Of a DNA stretch of 47,373 nucleotides, positions 27,917-36,895 are shown piece after piece. Within the stretch, counting starts at the first letter, position 1. Each line of letters starts with the position of its first letter. The notes below the pieces were generated by a model, which made no database searches, had not been told where the DNA came from, and saw only the letters and a list, made by a program, of their open reading frames with translations. Made by a program: the position numbers and the translations under genes. This DNA comes from Eubacteriales bacterium (GTDB taxonomy: Bacteria; Bacillota; Clostridia; Christensenellales; CAG-138): NCBI GenBank assembly GCA_031549625.1, contig JAVBPK010000014.1:1-47373 (forward strand), given 5' to 3'.

Positions 27917-29311
27917 ATGTTCATTTATAACACCATGACCCGTAAAAAAGAAAAACTTGAGCCGGTCAATCCGGGGCAGGTCAGCATATACGCTTGCGGG
28001 CCAACCGTGTATAATTTCTTTCACATAGGCAATGCAAGGCCGTTCATCGTGTTCGATACCTTGCGCAGATACCTTGAATATCAGGGCTTCAAGGTAACGT
28101 TTGTACAAAACTTCACCGACATAGACGACAAGATGATTCGCCGCGCAAACGAAGAGGGCATCACTGTGCGCGAACTCAGCGAGCGTTTCATAAAAGAATA
28201 CTACACCGATGCGGATGCGCTGGGCATAGAGCGGGCCACGCACAATCCGCGCGCCACGGAACATATCGGCGATATCGTGTCGCTTACGGAAGCGCTCATC
28301 CAAAAAGGGCACGCGTATGCCACGGATGAGGGCGACGTCTATTTTGCCGTGCGCAGTTTTCCAGGGTATGGCAAGCTGTCCGGCCAAAGCATAGACGATT
28401 TAGAGAGCGGCGCGCGTATCGACCCGACGGAACAAAAGCGCGATCCTTTGGATTTTGCGCTGTGGAAGGCACAAAAACCCGGCGAGCCCGCTTGGGAAAG
28501 CCCCTGGGGCATGGGACGGCCGGGCTGGCACATCGAATGTTCGGCCATGAGCATGAATCTGCTGGGCGAGACATTCGACATCCACGCGGGCGGCCAGGAT
28601 CTGATATTCCCGCACCATGAAAACGAGATAGCGCAGAGCGAGGCGGCTACGGGTAAACCCTTTGCGAAATACTGGATGCATAACGGCTACATCAATATCA
28701 ACAACGAAAAGATGTCGAAAAGCCTGGGCAATTTCTTTACAGTGCGCGATATCGCGGCGGAATACGACCTGGAAGCGGTGCGCTTGTTCATGTTGGGCGC
28801 GCATTACCGCAATCCCGTAAATTTCTCGCGTGATCTCATGGAGCAGTCGGTGGCGGCTTTGGCGCGGCTGCGCACGGCGGGCGAGCGGCTGGCGGAAGCG
28901 CCGGTGGCGGAGGCGGCCAGTGAAGGGGAAGCGGCGTTTAAAAAGGAACTGGAAGAATACCGTGTTCGATTCTGCAGTGCCATGGACGACGATCTGAATA
29001 CAGCCGATGCGTTGGGAGCTTTATTTGAGATGGCGCGCGCCTGCAACACATTCATAAGTGAGCCGCGCAGCAGGCAATCTATAGATGAGGCGAGAAAGTT
29101 GTTTAGCGAGCTGACGGGCGTGTTGGGGCTGCTATGCAATAAAAAAGAAGAGGGCTTCCCAGAAGAAGCATTGCGTTTGTTAGAGCAGCGGCAGGAAGCG
29201 CGCGCGTCAAAGGATTGGGCAAAAGCGGATGCCATGCGCGACGCGCTCAAAGAAATGGGCTATGCCGTTGAGGACACAAAGCAGGGCGCGAAACTCAAGC
29301 CGCTGGCATAA
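27917..29311 (+). CDS. cysS: Cysteinyl-tRNA synthetase
   Basis: [38 protein letters not shown]; GGAGG RBS. Confidence 0.98.
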   Translation: MFIYNTMTRKKEKLEPVNPGQVSIYACGPTVYNFFHIGNARPFIVFDTLRRYLEYQGFKVTFVQNFTDIDDKMIRRANEEGITVRELSERFIKEYYTDADALGIERATHNPRATEHIGDIVSLTEALIQKGHAYATDEGDVYFAVRSFPGYGKLSGQSIDDLESGARIDPTEQKRDPLDFALWKAQKPGEPAWESPWGMGRPGWHIECSAMSMNLLGETFDIHAGGQDLIFPHHENEIAQSEAATGKPFAKYWMHNGYININNEKMSKSLGNFFTVRDIAAEYDLEAVRLFMLGAHYRNPVNFSRDLMEQSVAALARLRTAGERLAEAPVAEAASEGEAAFKKELEEYRVRFCSAMDDDLNTADALGALFEMARACNTFISEPRSRQSIDEARKLFSELTGVLGLLCNKKEEGFPEEALRLLEQRQEARASKDWAKADAMRDALKEMGYAVEDTKQGAKLKPLA

Positions 29312-29336
29312 GAAACAGCATGATCGGATAGAAAAC

Positions 29337-29370
29337 AAAACCGGCCGCGCCAAGGCGCCGCCGGTTTTTT
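29337..29370. terminator. Bidirectional terminator between cysS and the LysE gene
   Basis: AAAACCGGC..GCGCC AA GGCGC..GCCGGTTTTTT between convergent genes. Confidence 0.7.
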
Positions 29371-29391
29371 CATTCGCAAAGAATAGAAGAA

Positions 29392-30090
29392 CTACAGTGC
29401 CGCCGTTACAGCGGAATATAGCAGCAGCAGCGTCATCACGATATCAAACGGCAGCCGGTAGGTGGCGTAAATGCGCTTGATGGCATTGCCAAAGCTTGCC
29501 CAGGTAAGGGTGCATAGTATCATGATAAACAATACGATCACGGTCCAAAAGAATATCGGGCCCACATTTGTGGAATACGGAATGATATATACGGAATACA
29601 GAGTAAGCCCCATGAGCCAGCTTTTGATATTCATAACCTGCAACAAGATGCCGCCGGAAAATTTAGTGGTGATTCCCTGTGTGGGCAAAGCATCGTTGGC
29701 GGGGACGGGCGTGTCGGTATTGCCAACGTCAGTACTGCCAACGTCGGCTTGGCCGTCGGCAGGCACGGCGGCGGCAGAATCGGCGGAGGCTTTGCGCTTT
29801 GCCAACAGGGATTTGATGTCCGGCCAAATAATATGCAAGGCCAAATATACAAGATAAGCCGCGCCAAACCATTTTAAATAGGGGACAAGCTGGGGCACGT
29901 AGGCGGCAAGGGTAAGGTCTAGGAGCCCGCAAAGCAACATCTTCACAAAGAAGCCGGCGCAGGTGCCAAAAAGATACCCTTTCGCGCCGCGGATACCATA
30001 GGTGGCCGAGCTGTAGAACGACATGAAATTGCTGGGTCCGGGCGTGATTCCCTGGATGCAGACGTAAGTGAGCAAACCGAACACGTTCAT
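29392..30090 (-). CDS. LysE/RhtB-family amino acid exporter (EamB-like)
   Basis: ITPGPSN, LKWFGAAYLVYLA, LQVMNIK; six TM segments; GAGG RBS. Confidence 0.85.
   Translation of the reverse strand: MNVFGLLTYVCIQGITPGPSNFMSFYSSATYGIRGAKGYLFGTCAGFFVKMLLCGLLDLTLAAYVPQLVPYLKWFGAAYLVYLALHIIWPDIKSLLAKRKASADSAAAVPADGQADVGSTDVGNTDTPVPANDALPTQGITTKFSGGILLQVMNIKSWLMGLTLYSVYIIPYSTNVGPIFFWTVIVLFIMILCTLTWASFGNAIKRIYATYRLPFDIVMTLLLLYSAVTAAL
29713..29747. repeat. In-frame 15-bp tandem repeat in the LysE loop
   Basis: GTCGGTATTGCCAAC / GTCAGTACTGCCAAC / GTCGG, encoding DVGST-DVGNT. Confidence 0.7.
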
Positions 30091-30206
30091 ACGATACCTC
30101 CGGCCAAAGGAATGGCCACATTTCTAATGATATAGTATAACACAGGAAAGAGGGCAGGGGAATGCCGGGACAAGAAAACAGGAGGTACTTTTTGAAAAGC
30201 AAAAAA

Positions 30207-30229
30207 ATGCCGCATGCAAAAGGCGGCAA
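30207..30229. repeat. Left target-site duplication of MITE copy 2 (the spoIIP terminator hairpin)
   Basis: ATGCCGCATGCAAAAGGCGGCAA, 22/23 identical to 30391-30413; A7 run at 30201-30207 is the U-tract on the minus strand. Confidence 0.85.
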
Positions 30230-30390
30230 CAGACTGTCAAAAAAGGTTCTTAAGAGGAAGCTTTCAATCCGTGCCAAGGACGATATGTGCGTTCGCAGCC
30301 CACACCTTGGGCATTTTGCCGCCCGCGAGCCCGAAGGGTGAGAGGTAAAATGCTGTAACCCGTCGAAAAACAGAGTTTTTCGACGGCCTG
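30230..30390. mobile_element. Complete 161-bp MITE-like element copy 2 (IS1182/IS5-like ends)
   Basis: Imperfect TIRs CAGACTGTCAAAAAA versus reverse-complemented right end CAGGCCGTCGAAAAA (12/15); 23-bp flanking direct repeat; non-coding; three copies in the window. Confidence 0.9.
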
Positions 30391-30413
30391 ATGCCGCCTG
30401 CAAAAGGCGGCAA
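30391..30413. repeat. Right target-site duplication of MITE copy 2
   Basis: ATGCCGCCTGCAAAAGGCGGCAA (8-bp stem TGCCGCCT/AGGCGGCA). Confidence 0.85.
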
Positions 30414-30435
30414 AAATATTCAAAAGTCGGAGAAG

Positions 30436-31458
30436 CTAGCTCAAAGGAGCCCAAAGCGTGGGAGGCGCGGTATTTGCGGGCGGCGAGGAAGGGGCGGCGC
30501 CTTGCGCGCTTTCCGCGATGGCGCGGGCAAGATAAGGAACGGCGTTCAGCACTTCGTCCATGGTATTGCTGTTGTCGCCCATCTCCACGAGCAGGCACTG
30601 GTTGGAAACATGCTGGTTATAGCGGCCGGTCTTAATGCGAATATTGCGCATCAAGTCTTCATGCACGGCGGCAAGCCGATTTGTGATATCGAGCGCCAGC
30701 GCGTAATTGCTTTCAAAGTCGGGCATTTCTTTATAGCCCGTGCCGGTAGCGCCTTCGCCGGTGCCGACGACAAACATCATGCGCGCTACTTTTTTGCCGT
30801 CCACCACCGTATACAGGTGTTGCTTACCGGCATCGCGGTGTACGTCGATAAACAGGGTGAGCGAAGGGTATTTCGCCTTGTATGCTTTCATGGTAGCTTC
30901 TGAGCGTGAATAAGCCGTGGAAAGCTTGGGCGGCTCATGGTCGGTGGTATCGTGCAATACATTAAAGCCATATTCTTCGCGCAGAAGTTTTGCAAGCTGC
31001 TCACCGACCGCCACGATGTTTTTGTCCTGTTCGTGCGTGCGCCAGTCGCCGCTGGGTTCGTAGCGATAGCCGTCGGTTTGCTCGTAGGCTTCGGTGGCAT
31101 GCGTGTGGTAAATCAATATGCGCGGCTCGGGCCCGCCCAGGTTCGTGGTAGCGGGGGCGCGGGGCGTAAGTACTTCGATGCGCATATCTTCGCTGACGCC
31201 TTCGTCCACGTCCACGCGTAATATGGTCAGAGGCAAAACGGCCTCCGGCGTTGCCGGTTCAGGTATGGCGATGGTGGCGGGTAGGGCGAAAAGCAAAGCC
31301 CGCCGCCCGGCAGAGCCCTCCGAAAGCAACGCAAGCGCCGTGATGCACAAAACGAGTATGGCAATGCTGCAAATACGAATAGTGCTTTCAGACACTGGCT
31401 TTCGGCCGTGCTTTTGCTTTTTCTTATGTTTCTTTTGCTTTGTCCACATCCTGTCCAT
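30436..31458 (-). CDS. spoIIP: Stage II sporulation protein P (autolysin)
   Basis: ILIYHTHATEAY, IDVHRD, GRYNQH, LVEMG; N-terminal TM; near gpr; true start may be 31449. Confidence 0.92.
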   Translation of the reverse strand: MDRMWTKQKKHKKKQKHGRKPVSESTIRICSIAILVLCITALALLSEGSAGRRALLFALPATIAIPEPATPEAVLPLTILRVDVDEGVSEDMRIEVLTPRAPATTNLGGPEPRILIYHTHATEAYEQTDGYRYEPSGDWRTHEQDKNIVAVGEQLAKLLREEYGFNVLHDTTDHEPPKLSTAYSRSEATMKAYKAKYPSLTLFIDVHRDAGKQHLYTVVDGKKVARMMFVVGTGEGATGTGYKEMPDFESNYALALDITNRLAAVHEDLMRNIRIKTGRYNQHVSNQCLLVEMGDNSNTMDEVLNAVPYLARAIAESAQGAAPSSPPANTAPPTLWAPLS

Positions 31459-31463
31459 GCTAA

Positions 31464-31492
31464 AGCGTATGCATGGTCGGGCGGGACTATGC
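31464..31492 (-). promoter_or_regulatory. Sigma-E-like promoter of spoIIP
   Basis: GCATA-N16-CATACGCT on the minus strand; compare sigma-E consensus ATA-N16-18-CATACANT. Confidence 0.55.
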
Positions 31493-31558
31493 GGCGGTTT
31501 TTATGTAATATTATGCGGGTAAAAGCGTGTTGTTTGGGGGAGTGGGCGGTCAATAAAT

Positions 31559-32062
31559 TCAGGCAAGGCGCAGTTCGCCGATGTATTCGCGCAGTTCGCC
31601 AAATTCGGGATATACGTCGAAGGTCGCTTCGTAGTAAAAGGGGTCGCCTTGTGCGTTAGGCTCTATCACGATAAGCGACGTATCGGTAAAACAAATGGAA
31701 ACGGGCTGGTCGATGCCAATGAGTACGTCTACGGTCAAGCCCGTTTTATCGCCGGTGTAATTGCCGATAAAGGCGTCGCCCAAAGCGTCCATAATAACGG
31801 CGCGCTCCTCGTCGTTTGCGGCGATAATGGCGGTAGGCGCTTCGCCGCGGGTCCAGGTATCGGAAAATACGTTGATGCTGATGGCGCTATATTGTTGTTG
31901 ATCCGACTGCGCCGTGATAAAGCTGTTCAGCTGGAAGGGCGCGGTGATATTCTGGCCGACGGCAGGCTCTGCCGTTTCCGGCGCGGCGGGCGCTTTTACT
32001 TTGCACGCGCAGCAGAAAAGGGCTAAAAGCAATACAAGGACACAAATGCGAATCCGTTTCAT
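31559..32062 (-). CDS. Hypothetical lipoprotein (167 aa)
   Basis: AAGGAGG RBS; signal peptide with lipobox CCAC; extended -10 TGCTATACT at 32100-32092. Confidence 0.8.
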   Translation of the reverse strand: MKRIRICVLVLLLALFCCACKVKAPAAPETAEPAVGQNITAPFQLNSFITAQSDQQQYSAISINVFSDTWTRGEAPTAIIAANDEERAVIMDALGDAFIGNYTGDKTGLTVDVLIGIDQPVSICFTDTSLIVIEPNAQGDPFYYEATFDVYPEFGELREYIGELRLA

Positions 32063-32166
32063 AGGTTCCTCCTTAAGGGATGGTTGCTTTTAGTATAGCA
32101 TATCAAAGTGCTTCCTTCATCAAATATTCAGGCTCAGGCATAGCCGTCCCGGTGTATGGCAAAGCG

Positions 32167-33090
32167 TTATGCCATCAGCTCCTCAACCTTTTCATAATAC
32201 CGCCTGTGCAGGCAAAGGTTGATTCCCTCCGCTAATATACCCGCCATGTCGGCCACGATGGTATCGATTTCCTTAGGCGTGACGATCATGGGGCCAAATT
32301 CTTCCTGCAGCACTTGCTCGGCAAGGCGCATCATGCGATCCTTTTCAGCGTATAGCCCCGTTTGTTCCACGATGAGCGAAACGGTATCCTGTGATATGGT
32401 AGAAGCCAGAACGACGGTGGGCACGCCGATGGCGATGACAGGCACGCCAAGGCTTTCGGGGGTAAGGCCAAGACGGCCGTTGTTGCCTACGCCGGATCCG
32501 GGGTGTATGCCTGTGTCGGTCAATTGTATGGTGGTGTTGATGCGGCCGGAGCGGCGGGAAGCGAGGGCGTCGATGGCAATGACGACCGAAGGCTGCACGC
32601 GTTCCACGAGTCCGCGCAGCATCTCCAGCGTTTCCACGCCGGTGGTGCCCAGCACACCGGGGGCGACGGCGGCGACAGCGCGCATGGGTTCGCCGATGAT
32701 GTCCGGTAGATGCTGCGTAATATGCCGAGTGACAAACGTGTGTTCCACGACGCGAGGGCCAAGCGCGTCGGGCGTAATGTAGCGGTTGCCAAGGCCGACG
32801 ACAAGAACGGAGCCGCTGCCGGTTTCTTCCGGCAGTAAAAAGTCCAGTTCGTCAGAAAGGATTTGGCTGACCGCGTGGAAGGTTTGCGTATCGCGCTGAG
32901 TCAATTTGGGCGCTTCTATCGTGATGTATTGGCCGATGGGCTTGCCCAGTCGGCGCGCGGCGGATTCCATCTCGATCGTAATGCGTGAAACATGCGCGTC
33001 GGGGAACGTTTTTTCGTCTTCTGAAACGCCGGGTATCAGCGGGTTTATTTCACGCGCTTCTCGCGCCAGATCTGTTCGAATGTTTTCCAA
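32167..33090 (-). CDS. gpr: Germination protease (GPR endopeptidase)
   Basis: RTDLA.EA, GLGN..ITPDALGP, IDALASR, GIHPGSGVGN, GVPTVV, VTPKEID; TTG start after GGGAGG. Confidence 0.95.
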   Translation of the reverse strand: MENIRTDLAREAREINPLIPGVSEDEKTFPDAHVSRITIEMESAARRLGKPIGQYITIEAPKLTQRDTQTFHAVSQILSDELDFLLPEETGSGSVLVVGLGNRYITPDALGPRVVEHTFVTRHITQHLPDIIGEPMRAVAAVAPGVLGTTGVETLEMLRGLVERVQPSVVIAIDALASRRSGRINTTIQLTDTGIHPGSGVGNNGRLGLTPESLGVPVIAIGVPTVVLASTISQDTVSLIVEQTGLYAEKDRMMRLAEQVLQEEFGPMIVTPKEIDTIVADMAGILAEGINLCLHRRYYEKVEELMA

Positions 33091-33159
33091 TAGTACGCCT
33101 CCCAAAAACTAATTCCGCAAATATGCGGGCCAATAAAATAATGCTTTCGCGTCAGTAAG

Positions 33160-33191
33160 AATATTGCCTTGCGCCACACGGGCGTAAAAAC
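33160..33191 (-). promoter_or_regulatory. Possible sigma-F/G promoter of gpr
   Basis: GGCAATATT -10 on the minus strand; the -35 (TTTTA, N16) is weak. Confidence 0.35.
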
Positions 33192-33218
33192 AAAACCCGG
33201 CAATGTTTGCCGGGTTTT
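33192..33218 (-). terminator. Terminator of the liv operon
   Basis: AAAACCCGGCAA-TGT-TTGCCGGGTTTT. Confidence 0.8.
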
Positions 33219-33241
33219 AGTGTAACCTGATTGTGCCTGTT

Positions 33242-33961
33242 TTATTTCTTTGTGGTGCCAAGGTACGCTTGTTTTACGCGTTCGTCGTTTAAAAGCGCCG
33301 TGCCCGTGTCGGACATAGTGATGCGGCCGGTCTCCAACACATATCCGCGATGCGCGATTTTTAACGCTGCGTTGGCATTTTGCTCGATCAAGAGCACAGT
33401 GACGCCTTCGTCGTTAACGCGGCGGATAATATCGAAAATATCCCGCACAACGAGCGGCGCGAGGCCCAAAGACGGCTCATCCATCATAATCAGCTTCGGT
33501 TTGGCCATCAGTGCGCGGCCAACGGCAAGCATCTGCTGCTCTCCGCCCGAAAGCGTACCGGCCATCTGCCAGTGGCGCTCCTGCAGGCGGGGAAAGAGGG
33601 AATACACGTGTTCGATATCGGGCTGTATGGATTTTTCATCCTTGCGTAAGTATGCGCCGATTTTTAAGTTTTCAAGTACAGTGAGGTTAGGGAAGACGCG
33701 CCGCCCCTCGGGCACAAGCGTAATGCCGCGGCTTACAACTTGCTGGGTTTCCATGTTGTTGATGCGCGCGTCCATGTATTCTATGCTGCCCGCATGCGCG
33801 GGCACAAGGTTCATGATGGCGCGCAGTGTGGTGGATTTGCCGGCTCCGTTCGCGCCGATCAGCGTGACGATTTCGCCCTCTTCCACTTTGAAGGAGATGC
33901 CCTTCAGCGCTTCAATGCCGCCGTATTTTACTTTTAAATCTTCGATTTTTAGCAGGCTCAT
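33242..33961 (-). CDS. livF: Branched-chain amino acid ABC transporter ATPase
   Basis: GANGAGKST, VPEGRRVF, LSGGEQQM, DEPSLGLAP, IEQNA. Confidence 0.93.
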   Translation of the reverse strand: MSLLKIEDLKVKYGGIEALKGISFKVEEGEIVTLIGANGAGKSTTLRAIMNLVPAHAGSIEYMDARINNMETQQVVSRGITLVPEGRRVFPNLTVLENLKIGAYLRKDEKSIQPDIEHVYSLFPRLQERHWQMAGTLSGGEQQMLAVGRALMAKPKLIMMDEPSLGLAPLVVRDIFDIIRRVNDEGVTVLLIEQNANAALKIAHRGYVLETGRITMSDTGTALLNDERVKQAYLGTTKK

Positions 33962-34803
33962 TCTTCATCCACCCCCAGATAGGCAGTGATAACGTCCGGG
34001 TTATCCTGAATTTCACTTGGGCTGCCTGTAGCAATCGTCTTGCCATAGTCCAGCACGTAGATGCGGTCGGAAATATCCATAACGATCTGCATGTGATGTT
34101 CAATAAGCAGGATGGTAAGATGGAATTTATTGCGAATTTCCGCCACAAACTGCGTGAGGTCTTCGGTTTCTTTCGGGTTCATGCCCGCGGCGGGTTCATC
34201 CAGCAGCAGCAGCGTGGGCTGTGTGGCAAGCGCGCGCGCGATTTCAAGGCGGCGCTGCAAGCCGTAAGGCAGGCTTGTAGCCATTTCGTGCGCGTGCTCG
34301 TGTAAACCGACCTGTTCGAGCAAAAGCAAAGAACGCGCAAGCATCTCTTTTTCAGATTTGTGGTAGTACGGATACCCGGCCATGGCGGAGAAAAAGCCGT
34401 TCTTCAGCCGCACATGGTTGGCGATCAAAACGTTATCCAGCACGCTTTGCTCTTTAAACAGGCGGATGTTCTGGAATGTACGGGCTATGCCCAGGCCAAC
34501 GATATGATCGGGGCGCATGGCGGTGATGTTTGTTTTGCGGCCCTTGGCGTCCAAAAAAACCTGCCCCTCAGTGGGCTTGTAAACGCCGGTAATCATGTTG
34601 AAAGCCGTGGTTTTGCCAGCGCCATTTGGCCCGATAACGGCCACAATCTCGTTAGGAGCGATGGATAGGTTCAAGTCCTGCACAGCGGTCACGCCGCCAA
34701 AGCGCATGGTTAAGCCGGACGTTTGCAGCACATAGTCGGCGGGTTCGTTCGAAAAAGCGGCTGCATAGGCGCCGGAAGCATTGGTTGTTTGTTGTGCGCT
34801 CAT
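33958..34803 (-). CDS. livG: Branched-chain amino acid ABC transporter ATPase
   Basis: GPNGAGKTT, RTFQNIRLF, LPYG.QRRLEIARAL, DEPAAG, IEHHM. Confidence 0.93.
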   Translation of the reverse strand: MSAQQTTNASGAYAAAFSNEPADYVLQTSGLTMRFGGVTAVQDLNLSIAPNEIVAVIGPNGAGKTTAFNMITGVYKPTEGQVFLDAKGRKTNITAMRPDHIVGLGIARTFQNIRLFKEQSVLDNVLIANHVRLKNGFFSAMAGYPYYHKSEKEMLARSLLLLEQVGLHEHAHEMATSLPYGLQRRLEIARALATQPTLLLLDEPAAGMNPKETEDLTQFVAEIRNKFHLTILLIEHHMQIVMDISDRIYVLDYGKTIATGSPSEIQDNPDVITAYLGVDEE

Positions 34804-35912
34804 TTGCCTGCCTCCTTCCGCTTTTTGGGGCGAAACAGGCGGAACAGCCCCTCCCAGGAAAATTCATTGTTGCCAAATATGCCACGCCGGTAAAACAAGA
34901 TAACCAGCATAAGCAGCAGCGAGAACATCACCATGCGCAAACCGGCGATAGGCGGGATCTGCACGAAACCAAAGTCAAAGCCGGCATCCATAAAACGCAG
35001 CCATTCTTTGGCGATGGTGATAAGAAAGGCGCCCACGATAGAGCCCGTAATGCTGCCCATGCCGCCAAGCACCACGATGAGGAGTATGTCATACGCGAGG
35101 ATAAAGCGGAACAGCAACGGCGTAATGGCGCCAAGCACGCTGGCCATCAGGCCGCCGCCAACCCCGGCCATAAAGCCGGATATGACGAAGGAGAGCATCT
35201 TGTGCCGGAAAAGCGAAACGCCCATGCTTTCCGCGGCGACCTCATCATCGCGGATGCATTTCAAAGCCCGCCCGTAACTGGTTTTCATAAGGCGCACCAT
35301 GAATACGATGAAGAACGCCATAAAGCCAAACGTCCACCACAAATTGGCCGTGTTTGGTACGCCCTTTATGCCGGTGGAACCATTTGTAAGCGACTGTGTA
35401 TTTGTAAAGACGATACGAATAATTTCGGAAAACCCAAGGGTAGCGATGGCCAGGTAATCGCCCTTTAAGCGCAGTACGGGAAAACCGATTAAAAAAGCGA
35501 TCAGCGCGGTAACAGCGCCCGCTGCAAGCAGTGCCGCAAAGAAGCCAAATCCGCCTTGCCAGTGGACGTTCTCAAGCCAGGGGACGATGGGCTGTATGTA
35601 GAATACCTTTGCCTTCATTTCTACAGGCAATATCAGCAACGAGGTTACATAAGCGCCTACCGCCATAAAGCCAGCCGTGCCAAGCGAAAATTGCCCCGTA
35701 AGACCGTTGATGAGATTCATGGAAAGGGCGAGAATGGCGTAAACGGCGCATAAGTTGAGTATGCGAATTTCATAACTGCCCAGCGTTTTGCCCTGGGTGG
35801 TAAAGGTGAGAAACAGCAGTAGCGCGGTAAGCGAGATGAGCGTAAGTAGCAAGTGCCGCCGCTTGTGCGCGGAAAGGGAGGCAGCTATGCCGGTAAATCG
35901 TTTCTTTTCCAT
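34800..35912 (-). CDS. livM: Branched-chain amino acid ABC transporter permease
   Basis: GQFSLG, RLKGDYLAIATLGF.EI, IRDDEVAAESMG, VLGGMGS. Confidence 0.93.
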   Translation of the reverse strand: MEKKRFTGIAASLSAHKRRHLLLTLISLTALLLFLTFTTQGKTLGSYEIRILNLCAVYAILALSMNLINGLTGQFSLGTAGFMAVGAYVTSLLILPVEMKAKVFYIQPIVPWLENVHWQGGFGFFAALLAAGAVTALIAFLIGFPVLRLKGDYLAIATLGFSEIIRIVFTNTQSLTNGSTGIKGVPNTANLWWTFGFMAFFIVFMVRLMKTSYGRALKCIRDDEVAAESMGVSLFRHKMLSFVISGFMAGVGGGLMASVLGAITPLLFRFILAYDILLIVVLGGMGSITGSIVGAFLITIAKEWLRFMDAGFDFGFVQIPPIAGLRMVMFSLLLMLVILFYRRGIFGNNEFSWEGLFRLFRPKKRKEAGK

Positions 35913-35922
35913 GGTGTGCCTC

Positions 35923-36810
35923 CTATACTTTATCGGTCACCTGCTCACTAAACAGGCCGGTGGGCCGAATGAGCAAGATGATAATTAAAGCGATAAACGC
36001 AAACGCGTCTTTATAGCCGGATATGCTTGGCAGCGCATAAACGATCATGATTTCCAGCATACCCAAGAGCAAGCCGCCCACAACAGCGCCGGTAACATTG
36101 CCGATGCCGCCGATAACAGCGGCGATAAAGCACTTCAGGCCGGGCATCACGCCGATATACGGCTGTATCTGCGGGTATTTTTGCCCCCACATAATAGCGC
36201 CGACAGCGGCCAAAAGGGAGCCGATAGCAAATGTGGCGGATATGGTGCGGTTGATGTTGACACCCATCAGCCGTGCTGTTTCAAAGTCTTTGGAAACAGC
36301 GCGCATGGCCATGCCTGTTTTGGTGCGGTTTATAAGGTAAAACAAGGCCAACACCAGCGCCAGCATGATAAGCGGCGTATAAATAGCCAATTGCTGAATA
36401 TTAACCGAACCAATTTTCATGGTATTTTGCAGTGAACCGATAGAGGGAAATTGCCGGGGAACACCGGAAAACACCACGGTAGCCAGGTTTTCTAAAAGGT
36501 AAGAAACACCGATGGATGATATCAGCAAAGAAATGCGCGGCGCGCTGCGCAGCGGCTTATAAGCGAAACGTTCGATGACTACGCCCAGCAGCAGAGTCGC
36601 CGCCAATACGAGCAATATGGCAATATACCAGGGAATATAGAAGATGGAAATAGCGAAAAAGGCAAAATACATGGCCATCATGAATATATCGCCATGCGCG
36701 AAGTTTATCAGGCGCAGGATGCCGTATACCATGGTGTAGCCGATGGCCACCAGTGCATACAGGCTGCCCACGGTGAGGCCGTTCGCAATGTTTTGAAAAA
36801 ACAAAGCCAT
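35923..36810 (-). CDS. livH: Branched-chain amino acid ABC transporter permease
   Basis: GSLYALVAIGYTMVYG, INFAHG, GMAMRAV, IGGIG, RPTGL. Confidence 0.93.
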   Translation of the reverse strand: MALFFQNIANGLTVGSLYALVAIGYTMVYGILRLINFAHGDIFMMAMYFAFFAISIFYIPWYIAILLVLAATLLLGVVIERFAYKPLRSAPRISLLISSIGVSYLLENLATVVFSGVPRQFPSIGSLQNTMKIGSVNIQQLAIYTPLIMLALVLALFYLINRTKTGMAMRAVSKDFETARLMGVNINRTISATFAIGSLLAAVGAIMWGQKYPQIQPYIGVMPGLKCFIAAVIGGIGNVTGAVVGGLLLGMLEIMIVYALPSISGYKDAFAFIALIIILLIRPTGLFSEQVTDKV

Positions 36811-36844
36811 GCTTATCCTCCCATGTATGAAATTCTAACTTGGA

Positions 36845-36874
36845 AACGGCGGGCGGTCAGAGCCGCCCGCCGTT
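36845..36874 (-). other. Intercistronic stem-loop after livK
   Basis: AACGGCGGGCGG-TCAGAG-CCGCCCGCCGTT 12-bp stem. Confidence 0.6.
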
Positions 36875-36895
36875 ATTCGAAAACGGAACGATGGG

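Noticed and set aside
29729-30598. 289-aa minus-strand ORF (and 46821..47300) sharing RIESF.LRTFFDSL
   Set aside because: The shared peptide is only translation through the MITE; both ORFs overlap real genes and show no transposase motifs
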